DNA of 63,505 nucleotides, the filler included, from Choristocarpus tenellus KU-1152 (lineage: Eukaryota > Protista > Phaeophyceae): the NCBI GenBank assembly GCA_964200185.2. It is 9 parts of 9 records of this genome, joined end to end, with 100 filler letters (N's around TTAATTAATTAA, not from the genome) between each part and the next. Parts side by side here need not be neighbours in the genome. Positions count along the whole stretch, not along the records: positions 23,012 to 36,161 come from CAXNAD020001570.1; positions 36,262 to 45,263 come from CAXNAD020004095.1; 7 more parts are not named here. The stretch is one strand, 5' to 3'. Positions 24,272-37,851 of this stretch are shown piece after piece. Numbering within the stretch: the first letter of the stretch is position 1; each line of letters starts with the position of its first letter. Position numbers and translations under genes: made by a program. The notes beneath the pieces are model-generated. The model made no database searches, was not told the DNA's origin, and saw only the letters and a program-made list of their open reading frames with translations.

Positions 24272-27200
24272 CTGGGCACGTTTGTGGGCAATTCTCTTCT
24301 ACCCACTTGGTCATTTTCAACGCAGATATGATACCGTAACCAGCATCTACACCGAATTTTCTCTCAGCACGTTCAGCATCACTGACATAGTCAATGGTGT
24401 AGTCATAGTTGGTGAGCATCTCCATCATGTCATCTCTGGTGACAACCTTGTCGAAGAATAGTGACAGTCAATATACATCATAGGAGATACTCTTGTGAGT
24501 TAGAAATACACTTGGATGACTCGATAAGGTGTATTGGGCCCCATATACAACAACCACTACGGACTGTGGGTGAGGAGACAACCCTACTGTTTTGCTTCCA
24601 CTATGAACAAACAATATCAAATGTAAAGGAGAGGACATTGCTGAGTACCGTATAGTAGAGTCTGCGAATGAAAATACTGTGACTACCCACTGTTTCAAGG
24701 TCAGAAAACTTTCAAAACATTACCTATCCCTCTGACACCTTACAATAGTAGTGTCGGTTTTGTACCGCACTAGAAGGCCCTTCACATATCAAAAACCTTG
24801 CAAAATATTGTACTTGGCCTCCAAAAGAAATGTTTCCACCATCAACTGCCGACAACGGATAGGTTCACGCTACTGCATACATCTGCACTTGAATTGTGCA
24901 CTGTCTCATCTTCTTACCCGGTGAGGAGCGCATGCCCCACGAATCAATGCTGCTATTGCTGCAGCAACTGGCGCAGAGGCTGATGTCCCATAGAATGAAG
25001 AAAAGCCTGACTCAGAAACAGAGCGGCATATGCAGCAGGGAGATCAGATCAGACTTGTGGGGAGTGGGGGCGGTTCAGGGGTAGACATTTCCCCTCTGGT
25101 CTCTGACTGTGCACAACCCTCTTTGCTCTCTCTCAAGCTGTGGTAATAGAGAACATGGAGGGGAGGGGGGTACCAAGCTCTGAGTGAAAATATCTTAGAG
25201 GGTACGAGTTTTGCCCCCTTTATCCGTTTGGGGGTTGGATTCCCACGGACGTTTTATGACATTTTACCATTTAGAAGTAGGTAAAACGCTTACGTTATGA
25301 AAGGTTGTGTCCACAAAAAGGATATTGACACCTTCTAATAAACATGATAGTCAAAATGACATAAAAATCGCAACCTTGGATTCAGGTCCCCAAAAGGACG
25401 CGACTCTACCCTCTTAGATACTTTGAATTTCTGAATTTTTCTGATGAGTGGTATCTTGTTTCAGGGTAAGTGCTCAATACCTTCTGTTGAAGTTGACATC
25501 CCATTTGAGGCTGTTGTCACGGGGTGCTTGCGCTGCTTCAGTTTCTTGCTTGCCTTTTTCCTCACGTGGCACTTCCCTCGGGAAGAGAAGTCTTCAACTA
25601 TTGAGTACTCTGGGTCCTCAAACTCATTCGACGGGCCATTGGCAAAGAACTGGATGGGCACACCAACACATACAGAAGGAGTTGGAGGTGAAGTTGCTAA
25701 AATGTTGTTGATGCAAACCGGATATTTCATTATTTCAAGGATGAGAAATGGAGCTTGTGCCTGGGTATGTGATGTGCTACTCACTTCTCTTAGTTGGGGG
25801 GAAGTTAACTTGGCTCTTTTCATCTCTTGGGGTTTCGTGTTAACCCAAGCGGCACAGTACGGTGACGGGATGGGGCCCTAGGAGTAGCCTTTGGACTCTC
25901 TCCCTTTTTCAGAGACTGTTCAACTTCTACATATGGCGGGATCACAAAAACAGTAACCATCTATTCAGAGACGTACCCTATCAATGGCGGCAACAGAGAT
26001 TGCCTTCGAGGCACATGCATGTCCGTACATGGCAGAGTCCTTTGCACCAGGGAGTTTGGTGTCCTTCACCATCTGTGCATACACTGAGGAGGTGTCCGGT
26101 CCCTGGTTTTGATGCAACGTAATATAGAACTGCCGATACAGAAACGATTCCACAAAAGGTGATTAGTTGTTGTTGCAGGGTGGGGGGGGGATCATAATGG
26201 GCAAGAATTGGAGCACAGGAACAAATATCAGCCCAGTGATCCCAGTTATCCCCTTGTTGAAAACATACAACACAGTACCTCTATGCTATAGGTGTACAAT
26301 TGTATTTTGCTACTCAGCACAGGCGAGGTGCAAGGATTGACACAATTCCTCCAGAGCACTGCACTTATCATCATAGTACTGTAACATAAAAGGCTATATA
26401 CTTCATTAAAAAAAACAATGACTGCTTAAGAAAAGCATTTGAAGAGGATAAAAAAATAGGAACCTCTCATGCAGTATGCATCAGCTATATTCTCATTCCG
26501 TGCTTGCACTCTCACCGGTCCTGCAGCAGGGAGGTACACAAACTCCCACGCATCATTAGTTGACTGTTGTATGCCCCACCAATAAACAGACAAGTTTCGT
26601 AAGAAAACAAAACAAAGAAAAGAAAAGAAAAGAGCGCACACAAGAGAAACGCAAGGGGGAAGGGAGAAGGAAGTAATGTTTTTTTGAAGCTAATGTTTAT
26701 CTGTCTTGGGGGGGTTCTTAATCATCAGTGCAGTCTACATGTACAATCCACTATTAGTACATTCCCCGCAAAAAACACTTTGCATGTCCTTCAGACACGA
26801 GAGAGGGAAGGAGCCACTCGTACGAAGGCAGGTGAGCAGGCATGCAATAATGTGTGTGTCGATGTCTCCTCTTTACCTCGTCTCCAACCTCCATCAGCTT
26901 GAGTTCTCCAGTATCCTCATCAAACATCCAAACGTTGATGACCATGTCCCGAGCCTTTCCATCGTCCTCGTCCCACTGGAGTACCACAGGCTTCCTAGAT
27001 AGATTTACAATCTCAAAAAAGTACCTGTGGGGTCATGAAAAACATGAAACTATTCTCAGTTAAATATGCAGAGAGCATTCTACTTAGAAAAAGAGTATTG
27101 GAATATGTTTAAACGTTGGGTTAGTTTGACACACACACACAAGCAAATATTTTTTAGATAATGTGAATATATCTATATATATATATATTTAATCATTTTA

Positions 27201-30200
27201 TATTTCTTACTTGACCTGGTCATTTGCCAACGTGCTGGTAGGGGCACAGTCAAGTTGACCCTTGTAGAGACATTGTGAAGCCTTTTTTGTTGAGGTCCCA
27301 AATAAGTCAGGACACGAATGACTTCAGAAGCATCTATACTTCTTATCACCCCCTTCAAACATACACCATGTTTGTCCCATGAGGCTCACCTTTCAAAATA
27401 GTCTTCTGCGCTTTGGTCGAAAACATGTGTGGCCCAACCAGACTCACAAGGGGATACTGTTGTTGACTCCCCGTCATGTAGAAAGTCTTGACTGCACTCC
27501 AGATCCTGGAAGTGGCACGTATATAGCACGATCCAAGGGAGGTGCGAGGGTTGAGATGGTCATGGGCATGTTTATGAAGCAAAAATCTGGGATCAAGGAT
27601 GGAGCTCCATTACAATACTTTTCTTCTGCGATGTATACAGATGGGGACGGAGTTACACCTCCATATTTCAGGAAACGTATGCAAAGGCTCGAGAATCACC
27701 TAGTGCTCTACTGTAGTAAGTCAGGGGAGGGAAAAAAGGCAAACGTCCCTACTTTGAATCATTACGACTGAATGTCAATCAACATACGAATCACTCATTC
27801 GCAGTTCACCAACAAAGCCTGGTGTTTAACACGAGAAAAGAGAGAAGAGATAAGAAAACTGCACAGCACGGAGGAGAAATATATGCCAAGAGAGTGCTAG
27901 TGAGGCGTACCCTGTGCGCAACTAGATATAAATATCGGTAATACATAGTCGAAAGCATTCCGCACCATTCAGACAGGCAGTGTTGACAAGGTTCTAGATT
28001 ATTTTCGTTCTGACAATGGATTTATGTATTTTTGGGTTTGAGAGTTCCAGCAACCCTTCATTGCCTACACTCTCATGGGGGAGTGTGCAAAAATAGGACA
28101 ATCGTAAGGTGTACCCTGTCCAAGTTTAACTGCAAATACCCCTCTTCCTACACCAGATACAAAGTTGCAGCTATCCCTCCTTCACTACACTCACCAGGGT
28201 GAAGTCAATAGCCTTCCCGAAATTTCCTGCTGAGCTGAAGTATAGTACATCGTGGTCCTTAACGGCAGCATCGACAGCCTTGGCAATCTCAGAGTCTCGA
28301 AAGGACGTGCTAGGTGATGATTAAGGAGAGCATGAGGGAGAGCTGAGAATGAGGATCAGGTACCTTCTGTTCTTTTCCCGTCAGTGGGCTGCACTATAGT
28401 CAAACCTTAGTACTCAACAACAAATAATAATGCAGAATCTTGACTAACCAGAGCCATGATATTGTTTTGATATATTACAGGCCATTCTATTGTTCAGGGT
28501 GAGTGCATGTATTGTGTCATTAAACCAGGTCCTAGGATGGGAGGATATTCACAGATAGGCTTGGTCTCAAAGGCAACCTTAAGTACTCTGACAAATAACA
28601 AGAGTCAGTGACCTACTAATACGACTCCATTAATGATACCTTCCCATCAACACGGACGGTTGACGACACTTGGTAAAAATGTTAACGTTGGCTTACACAT
28701 CTAACCATTTATTAATTGAGATGCAATGACCTTAATCGCACTGATATTCCTTCAATCACTATCACTTACAGGCAAGGCTACATAGCATCATGTACATGTC
28801 CATCCCCTAGGTCTCCCTTCTCAGATCTGTGGTATATTTAAAAAAACGTGATGCTCTGAGTGCAATCAGTAAAATGTACTAGGACAGCGACCCTTCTCAG
28901 ATCTATGGTACAAATAACAGATGATGCACATATGTATAGTTTGTGCTAGTGACACGGAACTGAACTTTGCATCAGCACGCAACAGTCACGATGAGTATGG
29001 ACACATAAAGGGTGGGAAAGTGATCACTATGTTTGTATCAAGTAGTTCACAAGGCCTCAATAAAAGGGCGAGCAATTCATACTCACACACTGAAATAAGT
29101 CACATCATCCACAATGATGTCACAGCTGTGGTCAGGACCCGCGAGAGTGACTATGTCTTCTGCCATGGCCTGCACAGAGACACAGGGATTTGAGCACGTT
29201 TTTAGCACTGCGGTTCTGGAGCTATTGTGGTAGAAACTTTGTAGCTCAGGTGTGGGTGAACGTTCCAGCAGTTTTGGTTAGATATACCGCACATTTGAAG
29301 ATGTCAGTAATATGTATCATGGGACAATCCTATCTCAAATACCATACAACACTCCTTTTGTTGGGATAGTAGGGCAAGAGGAATCCAGCATATGTTGTCG
29401 TCCCGTGTGCATCTCACCTCCATGCCTCGAAAGGCAGTGTTGAATTTGTAGGTGGCATTGGGCGCAATGTCGAAGGCCAGTTCGATCATGGCTGACCCCT
29501 CATCGGAGCCAAAAGAGATGTCCTGATGAAGATAGCAAGCGGAAGGTGACAACCCATACTCAGAACATGTTTGACTCAGTCTGTCTACCCAATCCTTGAT
29601 CTGAGAATTCTTGTACTGCATACAACTTGACTAAACTAGGTTTCCCTAAGACAGTAGTAGTATTACAACAAGAGAACTACACTAAAAATGGATGTGTTTA
29701 CTCCACACCGTGTACAATATGGAACTTCAGAGTGCATGATGTCAATGCTGTGATTCTCCCCATGCCCCGATTACTGTGCTCATCCTCACCTCAACAATTT
29801 CGACATCAGGGAGATCCCCGGAGGCCTGAAGGCTCTGCATGTTGCCCTTGGAATTCATGCTGTCGCTCATGGCGCAGAGGGTTTGCCCCTCACCCCTTGT
29901 GTTTGCACAACCCAATGCCTCCAGTGCAGCAATGGCCTCGGCAACCTGAACTTGGCGGCAGGGAACAGAATCAACTCACTGAGATGAGAATCACTCCTGC
30001 CCCTCATCATTATTAACACAAGGGCTAGTTTGGACTAGTTGATGCTCATGTAGCATGAAAGGGCTTATGAGAGTATTGCACACCCGCAGCACACGATAAT
30101 AATGTTTGTTCCTTTCATACCTGAGTTTACGGATTCGGACATTCCTATTAGGGGTTGCTACCCCCCACCCCCACCCACCCACTCCAGGGTGTGATGGAGA

Positions 30201-30404
30201 TAGTTTGAGAACGCTTCAAATTCACCTGGTGGTTTTGGATGGCTTCGCTGGTGGTGTCCTTGAGGTTCCTTGATCGATGTGCTCGTGCGCGTGACCCCCG
30301 GAGGTTGGTCTTGCGTTGCACAGGCCCTGGCCTTCGATATAGTTCCACATCAGTCATTGCATCCACCCTCTCCACTTTGGTTATCGTTTCATCTACACAT
30401 AGTG
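24272..30404 (-). CDS. Subtilase, peptidase S8/S53-like (Glu-Asp-Ser type), multi-exon, ends uncertain; exons include 30404-30226, 29945-29790, 29522-29418, 29169-29087, 28309-28195, ~27024-26889, ~26101-25977, 25006-24918, 24446-24272
   Basis: Ordered motifs AMSDS, LQASGDLP, SDEGSAMIELAFDIAPNA, CDIIVDDVTYF, DSEIAKAVD..VLYFSSAGN, LQWDE, YGHACASKAISVAA, EDFSSRG, FYGTSASAPVAAAIAAL, AGYGII. Confidence 0.87.
25182..25429 (+). mobile_element. MITE family A copy in a subtilase intron
   Basis: gagtgaaaatatcttagagggtacgag...ctctaccctcttagatactttg. Confidence 0.85.
28025..28118 (+). mobile_element. Fragment of copia 3' UTR/PPT/LTR start
   Basis: gttccagcaac..ttcattgcct.cactctcatgggggagtgtgcaaaaataggacaat matches 16892-16950. 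Confidence 0.75.
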
Positions 30405-32804
30405 CTGAATATCCCAGGCCAGAGGTTGTAGGGTTTGAGTAGCAACACGACATAGACCCATGAGTGGAGGGGGTACCATAAAGGGTAGCAATGTCAGTCG
30501 TTATTAACTAAGCTTATTGATCAGTCAGTCAGCACAACATTGTCAACTATCATCCTCTGAAATACCGACAATTTGGACAGGAAGAAACACTGTTCAAAAC
30601 ATGGTGATCGAAATGCTGTGTCCTCCTTAGTCTTGGGTGTACGTGTCCTTGGCACATAATCGGATTCCCGAAAGAGCCATCTCGATATTTTGCTGCGTAT
30701 AGAGCTAGAACCGATAGCCTGAACTGTGTGATGATAAGCGATATCTCCCCTCACCCTGAATATCTGTTGCATTGCTGCTTCCGATAATAGAGTGCTTTCT
30801 CTTCCTCGCGGCATCTCCATTCGCTACCACTCCAGCAGAGTCCGTCTAAATGTTGCTCAAGTTGGTGAAAGAGGTATACAGATCAGCAAGCGGGTGCAAC
30901 GCTTTGTCTCGTCTAGAATTTCTTGTGACTGTACCACATCCACGTTAAACATAAACTCGAACCTTTGACATGCAAATACGATCGATTCCCCCACGACACC
31001 CTCTCAACAAGAAAACAAATAATTACGAAGAACGACCAGACGTCATCCAACATACTCCCAAAGCTCTCTTTTTGGCAAGTCACCTGAGTAACACTCAGGA
31101 GAAGTTGTTCCAGAGACCCTCCACCTTGGCAATACTTCGCGACATGACTTGCATCAGAATCACTATCCACCATCATCCTTGTCCATAAGTCGAAGGGCAA
31201 CTTGCTGCTGCATTCACCATATGAAGCCCATTTTTGCCTATGGAATCAGGGCAGTCGCTTGTTACTGCATGCGCGGTGGGCATTAGCGCACTTCCATTGT
31301 GGTGCATGAAGTTAAGCACATAGACGTCAAGCTGTGGTTCAAAACGTTGCAATTCTGCGCTTGTATGGTTGTGAGGTGAATAATCTGTACCAGATCGCAA
31401 GGGTCGACGACAATGAACCTTGGAGAAAGTTAGGGAACTGTTAGTCGGAGAGTTGCTTTATTACCAGGATAATGGTGGCCTTGCTACATGCCGAGTGCAA
31501 CGACGACAGACAAGGGTACATCAGGTTGGTATTGTTGAGCACTATCCCGTTGGAGACGAAATACCCAAAATGTGAAATAATTCAGGGATCATGCCTAAGT
31601 CACTTTGAATTGAGAAGCGAAGGGTGCCTATGTGGAATGGAAACAATATGTCTGGTTGGGGGTGTTGGGTGTCTGACGGTCGATTTCAATATTTCAATAA
31701 GGCAGTCCTCACTTAAGTGCGATGTAGGCACTGAATTTGCAGCTTGAAGAAACGGAGGTATCAACGGATGTAGCAATGACCTGTAAAGTGAGGAATGGAA
31801 CGACGAGGCGAAACAATTGAGGGGTGAGGACGTCAATCGGATGAAGGATCAGTGCAAGTCCAAGCCGGGAATCGAAAGAGGTGGACTTGAACTTAGAACA
31901 CAGATTCATAACCGATTTTGGCAAGGCGCACCATGTGAAGAAGCAGTAAAACGATCGCGGGGAGGCATGGACGGCAAGTTGAATAGCGTCGTGTCATATC
32001 TCCGTGTAAGGTCTGGTGCTTTGTCGCGTCTACAAAGTATTTTCTAAGGGTGCAAGGTCCAAGGGACTCAATTGGTGTTTGTTAATGATACAATCTGTTC
32101 AACCCTTATTTATCCGGTAATGATGTACCAACCACATTGTACGTTCTTTCCCGATAACAGTAACCGCACTGTATCTTTGTTTTGGAGAATTAATACTAGT
32201 ATTTTGGCACATCAACTATATTATTTTATCCCCACTGGTAACATATCTTCATTTAAATATATAGAAGGGAAGAGGAACATTGTCTTTAGGAACATTTGTT
32301 GGAATTCTTTAGTTGATGTCTGTTTCCATTTTCGGGATTTCTCTTATGTTACATTATCAATGTCACATCTAACTGTGAAATCCACTATTTCTTCACATAA
32401 AAATCCCAATCCTCTTGAACACAAGATGTAGGTCCAACAATAATAGGTAACAAATCCCACTTCTGTTGGGTTGGATTAGAGGTTCATCCATCTCACCAGT
32501 TCTCCATCCTCTTCTCTCCAGTCTACAGACTTAGTAACGGTAGTATATACTATACTTTTTTTCTCCTCTAATCAGATTTTCTGTATTCGATTTTCTGGAT
32601 ATTGGCTTTCCCCTTGTACAGATTAACAGTAGTGTTAATGTCAGTATGAAAAAGAGAAAGATATAGAAGGCTCACACGATTGTCATTTGTTGAATGTGAG
32701 CATATACTTTTACAGTATGTGCCCCTATTTTGGACCAAATATTATGAACCAAATCGAAAAATGTTCAATTTTGTACCGATATTTTTGACATGCTCAAATG
32801 ATAT

Positions 32805-33830
32805 TGTACCACATCAATTCTGTACCGGTTTTTTTCGGCCATGCCCATGTGTGAACAAAATCGGGGCACCTTCTGTATTATGGCATTTTACTTCTACAGG
32901 AGTTCTTATGATATTGAGGTTCTTTTTTCCCTAACACATCTGGAATATATGTTAAACCATAATAATACATTATGTTTAAATGGTTGCAAAGAAGAGATAT
33001 TATTATAGATGTAGGTCGTTGGATTTGAGTTGCCCATCCTTTGCAGGTGAGTTCTGGAGCATGTTGTAACACCATTGTCACGAATGCTTTTGGGTTACAC
33101 ATCTGCAAAATGTCAGAGGGTATAATATTAATAAATTGTTTAACCTCTGACATTTTGTGGATGAGTCAGGGGAAACCAATGAAAAACCATTCAAATATCA
33201 GAACCTCTAATATAGTAACAGTTGTCGTAAATGTGAAAACATATATTTCTATAATCTATTTACTATTTTGCTACCAGCTATGCTGCACGGCTGCCCTCCT
33301 GTGCCTCTAACCTAGCTTAGTCCTGGATCCCACAGTGAGGAGCTAGGGAAGCATCTCAAGAATCTAACAAGCCCCTCCTTGCCCATCTCCCTGGTGCCTC
33401 CAGCTTAAAACACATGACACGCCTAGATGGAGCTATTTGTGTTGCGACAGACACTATCTGTTGTAGACGGGATTTGACATCCCCTTTCCTGCTGTAGCCT
33501 CCTACCCCTCTCCCCCCTACCGTATGCATAGCCAACTCATCCAGAAAACGTTCCGCTTGCTTACCAAGCCGCCCAAAACTTCCCACCGCGAAGGTGCCGA
33601 GGTTTTGACTGTGAGGGTCAAAAAGAGCCCTTGCAGTGGGTGCACTTTCGTGCCTCAGTTGTAGCAGCAGCTACACCATTGCTGGTGGATAAGTGAGGTA
33701 GGTGAGATACTGCTTGCGCTTCTGCAAACTTAATATCAAGAAGGAGGCCTTTGTCATGGTAGGGGGCTGATCCAGTGTCGGAAAGTGCCCCAGCATAAGT
33801 ATGTTTGGTCTGTGTCAAATCTGACCTCGA
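32805..33830 (-). mobile_element. 3' end of a non-LTR retrotransposon with restriction-like endonuclease C-terminus (CRE/R2-like) plus 3' UTR
   Basis: LLLDIKF...GVAAATTEARK and GSFGRLGKQAERFLDELA; the segment is shared with 45611-46030. Confidence 0.62.
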
Positions 33831-34073
33831 ACAAACATGTTCAAACTAGCGCAGTCTATTGACATAAATGGGTAGTCTACCGTACCCCACTGCATGCACT
33901 TACTGAGACTCAACAATATTGAAACTAGTGTGTACTACTGCGTTTTATTTTTCTCACAATTTCTGGGTTTATAAATTAGTCTCGTCTTAGCCTTCCATCC
34001 ACTCTCCTCCTCCTCAACCACTGCAACACCACATCTTCCTTCCCTTCCCATACTATCCTTGGTACCGACCCGA

Positions 34074-34248
34074 AGTATCTGTGGGGGGTGGGGGGAGGTC
34101 TACACCAGGGGGTCCATTTGGCCCAAAACCAGGAAAAGTGCACTTACGTTATCCAACCGACGTATGCAACCAAATCACCGGAAAATCACGACATGAAAAA
34201 TTTGACCCTAAATGGACAGCCACCACCGCCCCCCCAGATACTTTGAGC
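34074..34248 (+). mobile_element. Short MITE family C (agtatctggggg...cccccagatact); related copy at 38903-39073 and partial ends at 10427, 23031-23057, 36277-36308
   Basis: Inverted termini aagtatct/agatactt; shared internal aaatggacagccacc. Confidence 0.68.
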
Positions 34249-34506
34249 CACCCCACAAACTATGCGAACAAATCCGCATCCCCACTCACCAACCACAGCG
34301 GCTAATACCATGTATCCAGTGACCAATTTGCGTGACCAATCTATGCAATTACCCGTGGAAGGTATTGCTATATATCATTAGTGAAGACAAGAAGATGTGG
34401 AGCCTCACACGACCCCCTATGCTGAACGTGAAAAGAATGGATGGATGAAATTAGAAGAGTGACCTTGTTGGGAGTCTTATATTGTTTGGTTTCTTTATTA
34501 TTTTTT

Positions 34507-35556
34507 TGTCTCACACGTAAGTCAACATTAATTGGAATACCACACTCCACACAAATCCAGATGTACTATATCATAAGTTACATCACATGGACTCAATCTA
34601 ATGCCACAATCTCACATATACAAAATAGGGTACACCTTATGGTTGTCCTATTTTGCACACTGTGGGTATATACTTTACTGTAAAAATTACTTGGCTGACA
34701 TACTTCCTGGTGCATTTCAGCTTGATGCCGACATGCCTTGTCCTTCGATTGAATCCTTCGGTCGTCCCTGGTTGGATTGTACCTTGGTTGTCCCCATACC
34801 AAGTCGTGACCCCTTGGGGTATGCCCAACTCCCCCAGGATTCCTCTGAGGAATGTCGCATGTCTCATTCCATTCACCATTATTGCTGTCCGCTCTGCTTC
34901 TGAGGAAGATGTAGTTACAGCTCCTTGCTTCTTGGATTTCCATGTGATTGGTGCTTCATTCATTAGGATCAGATAACCCTTCACGCTTCGCCTTGAGGCA
35001 ATATCATTGCCCCAGTCTGAGTCTCCATAACCGATCAAGCCCTCATTGTCCAATTCACCACCAGCAGGATAGTGTATCCCTACTTTCATGGTGCCTGCAA
35101 GGTATTCATAGAACATGTCGATTGCTTGGAGAAGCTGCATATCTTCCCAACTCCCGCAAACCGTTGGACTGGTCTGGTCGTGTCATGCCAGCTAGGAACA
35201 TAAGCTTCCCCAAAATGGTGAGGTAAGGTCTGTACCTCTGGTCCAGCTCCTCGTCAGTTTTCCTAAAGGTCAGGTCCATTCCTGGGTTTAAGGGTGATGA
35301 GGTGCTCCGTACTTCTGTCGACCCCATTCCCTTGCAAACAATGCTTTCTGTGTAGAAATGCTGGTCCAGTGTGATGCCAGCCTCGTCCCAGTTGATTGCC
35401 ACTCCGAATAGTTTGTTTGGGGACCCGAGGTCCCGTCCCTCGTACTTGGCTAGCAGACTAGTCCTCATCCGCTTTATTTCCTCTTTGAAGTCTCTGGTGC
35501 ACGAGATGTCATCCACATGGTGGAAGAGGACAGCGAGCCGACCATCTTCATGATAA
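34507..35556 (-). mobile_element. Truncated copia copy (RT end and RNase H joined directly to a ~150-bp LTR), same family as 14500-17021
   Basis: HHVDD, KYEGRDLG, GDSDWG, SSSEAE, RTRHVGIK; LTR-like TG..CA at 34659-34507 similar to 16932-17021. Confidence 0.88.
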
Positions 35557-35576
35557 AGTATCCCCAAAATCATCAA

Positions 35577-35840
35577 GAGCCAAAGTATCTTAGAGAGTAG
35601 GGTCGCGTCCATTTGGGAACCAAAATCCACTGTTGTGATGATTTGGATGTAATTTTGGCTATCGTGTTTGTTAGAAAGTGTCAATATCCTTGTTCCAAAC
35701 ACACCTCTTCATAAGGTATACATCTTATATACTCTGAAACTTTTGGAGTAGGAAAATGTCCTAAACAACCCCATGGGAAGCCAACCACCAAATAATGGAC
35801 AAACAAGGCAAAACTCGTACGCTCTAAGATACTTTCACTC
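35577..35840 (-). mobile_element. MITE family A copy with TCAA TSD
   Basis: tcaa|gagccaaagtatcttagag...ctctaagatactttcactc|tcaa. Confidence 0.88.
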
Positions 35841-36393
35841 TCAAAGAGGATAGAGATAATAAACCCGGCAAGTTTGCTTGATGTCTGTAGAGTGATTAAA
35901 ATTAGGTGGGGCATGCAGAACCCCATAACAACGCAAATATATCATTTTTATCTAAGAAATTTCTCATAAATTAATCACTAGTAAAAGGTTCTGATAATCA
36001 ACCACTAATTGATTGTTCCGTTACTCCATACATATTTTACCGTATCTGTCCGATAAAGTTGGGAAAATCTAATCGAACACCCTCCCTAGCTTAAACAACT
36101 CTTGAGAACTTACAAGAAAACAATTATGGATCCTAGGAGACTCCTCAAGTCAGTCCTGTATNNNNNNNNNNNNNNNNNNNNNNNNNNNNNNNNNNNNNNN
36201 NNNNNTTAATTAATTAANNNNNNNNNNNNNNNNNNNNNNNNNNNNNNNNNNNNNNNNNNNNCCCCGATGGGACATGCCCCCCCCCCCCCCCCCCAGATAC
36301 TTTGAGCCTTGGATACCTGTCCTCTTCACGTTAGACCCTGTTTAGATAGCGAGAGAATGGGCACAGTACATTGCAGCGGATGATAAAACTCCT

Positions 36394-36651
36394 GACCCAA
36401 ATCATTTAAGAGGGTAGGAGTTATGCACTGTTTGCCTGTTTGGGGCTTTGCTTCCCACAAGTTTTTTTTCCCCTTTTTCGGTTTTCTGTGTGAACACGGT
36501 TACCTAAAATGTATACGACTATAGAAGGTGTCTCCAGAGCAAGGATACTGACACTTCCTAACAAGCACAACAGATCAAATTCATCAAAATCACAACTTTA
36601 GATTTACGACCCCGAACGGACACGGCCCTACCCTCTTAAATGCTTCGGGTC
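36394..36651 (+). mobile_element. MITE subfamily B copy (variant TIR gaccc.aa.catttaagagggtag)
   Basis: Internal sequence similar to family A; ends ccctaccctcttaaatgcttcgggtc. Confidence 0.8.
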
Positions 36652-37851
36652 CCCTACTCACCCAGGAAGAGATGAAGAGTCACAGGCATTATGTGATTGG
36701 CGAGTTGCTCTGATTCTTCTTGCTTCCACCCTGCGCTATTCCCAAGCATGTGGTCTTGCCGGGAAAGGTTTTACGTGTCTAAACTCAGTTCAATCGGGGA
36801 GTTCTCACTTGAATGCTTTTTGTGGTGTAGTGCAGGTCCAGGGGGTGATTCCATGTTGATACCACGTCCTCGGGCTCCGTGTACACCACATGAGTCTGTC
36901 CCGACTCTAGCCCTGCAAGGCAAGTCCAGTGCTTGCCCCCCTCCACCAGGTAGCGACAGGAAATACCCCTTCCGAACCCCACCCCACCCAGTATCTCGCC
37001 GATAAAGTGAACCTTTGGTTCGAACAGGTGGTGATACCCGTTCAGACACAGCACGGGGGATGGTGACTAACTTTGTATATTGTGGATGGACAAGCAAGAA
37101 GTATGAGGTGAGACTCCCTAATTAACAAAGGACTCACCGTGTCCCGGGCACTTTTTTTGTTGTCCCTCAACACTGAGGGGAAATGTGAGCAGTAGACCAT
37201 GGGGACATAACGTTGGGGATATGCAAGCAAATCCAAATCTCACGCAGGAAGGCGTTAGTTTGTGGCGGTGAGTTTCGTTTGTTAGATTGTTGAGACAGTT
37301 TGAAGTACTTGACTGATATCTACGCCGTTACTGTTTCCCCACATTATGTTGTCTTACTACATACCCTATAATTTACTTGGAGCGTACAATTTGCAGCCTT
37401 GATTGCATCAGTCCCCCCAACTAGTCCTCTACTTCGGTCAACCCCTACTGTTCCACTATCCCAATCAGATATCTCAGCATTCCCCACACATTCCTTGTCT
37501 CACTTCACCTCTGGTGCCCCCTCTGCTGACACGCGATCTCTCAATGCTCTCCTGTTCTTGAGTTGATTCACGGGAGGCTTCCTGATATATCCCATTTCAC
37601 GCATTTTTCTGTCCACCACATGTCCCAGGGTCACCTCTCGAGGTTGTTACGAGGGGAGAGATGCATGTTGGGAGCAGGGCCTTTTCTGAGTGCTGTGAAG
37701 GATGCTATGTAAGGCTGAGAAGAGGAAGAATTGAACAAAGGTTTGTGTTCAGTAAACCATTGTGGGTACAGCACCTCACCCACTAGCTCTATGTGTCCAC
37801 ACCAGGGTGTTGTACTCTCAAGGGTTCCTGAGATATGTTGGACAAGGCTTC

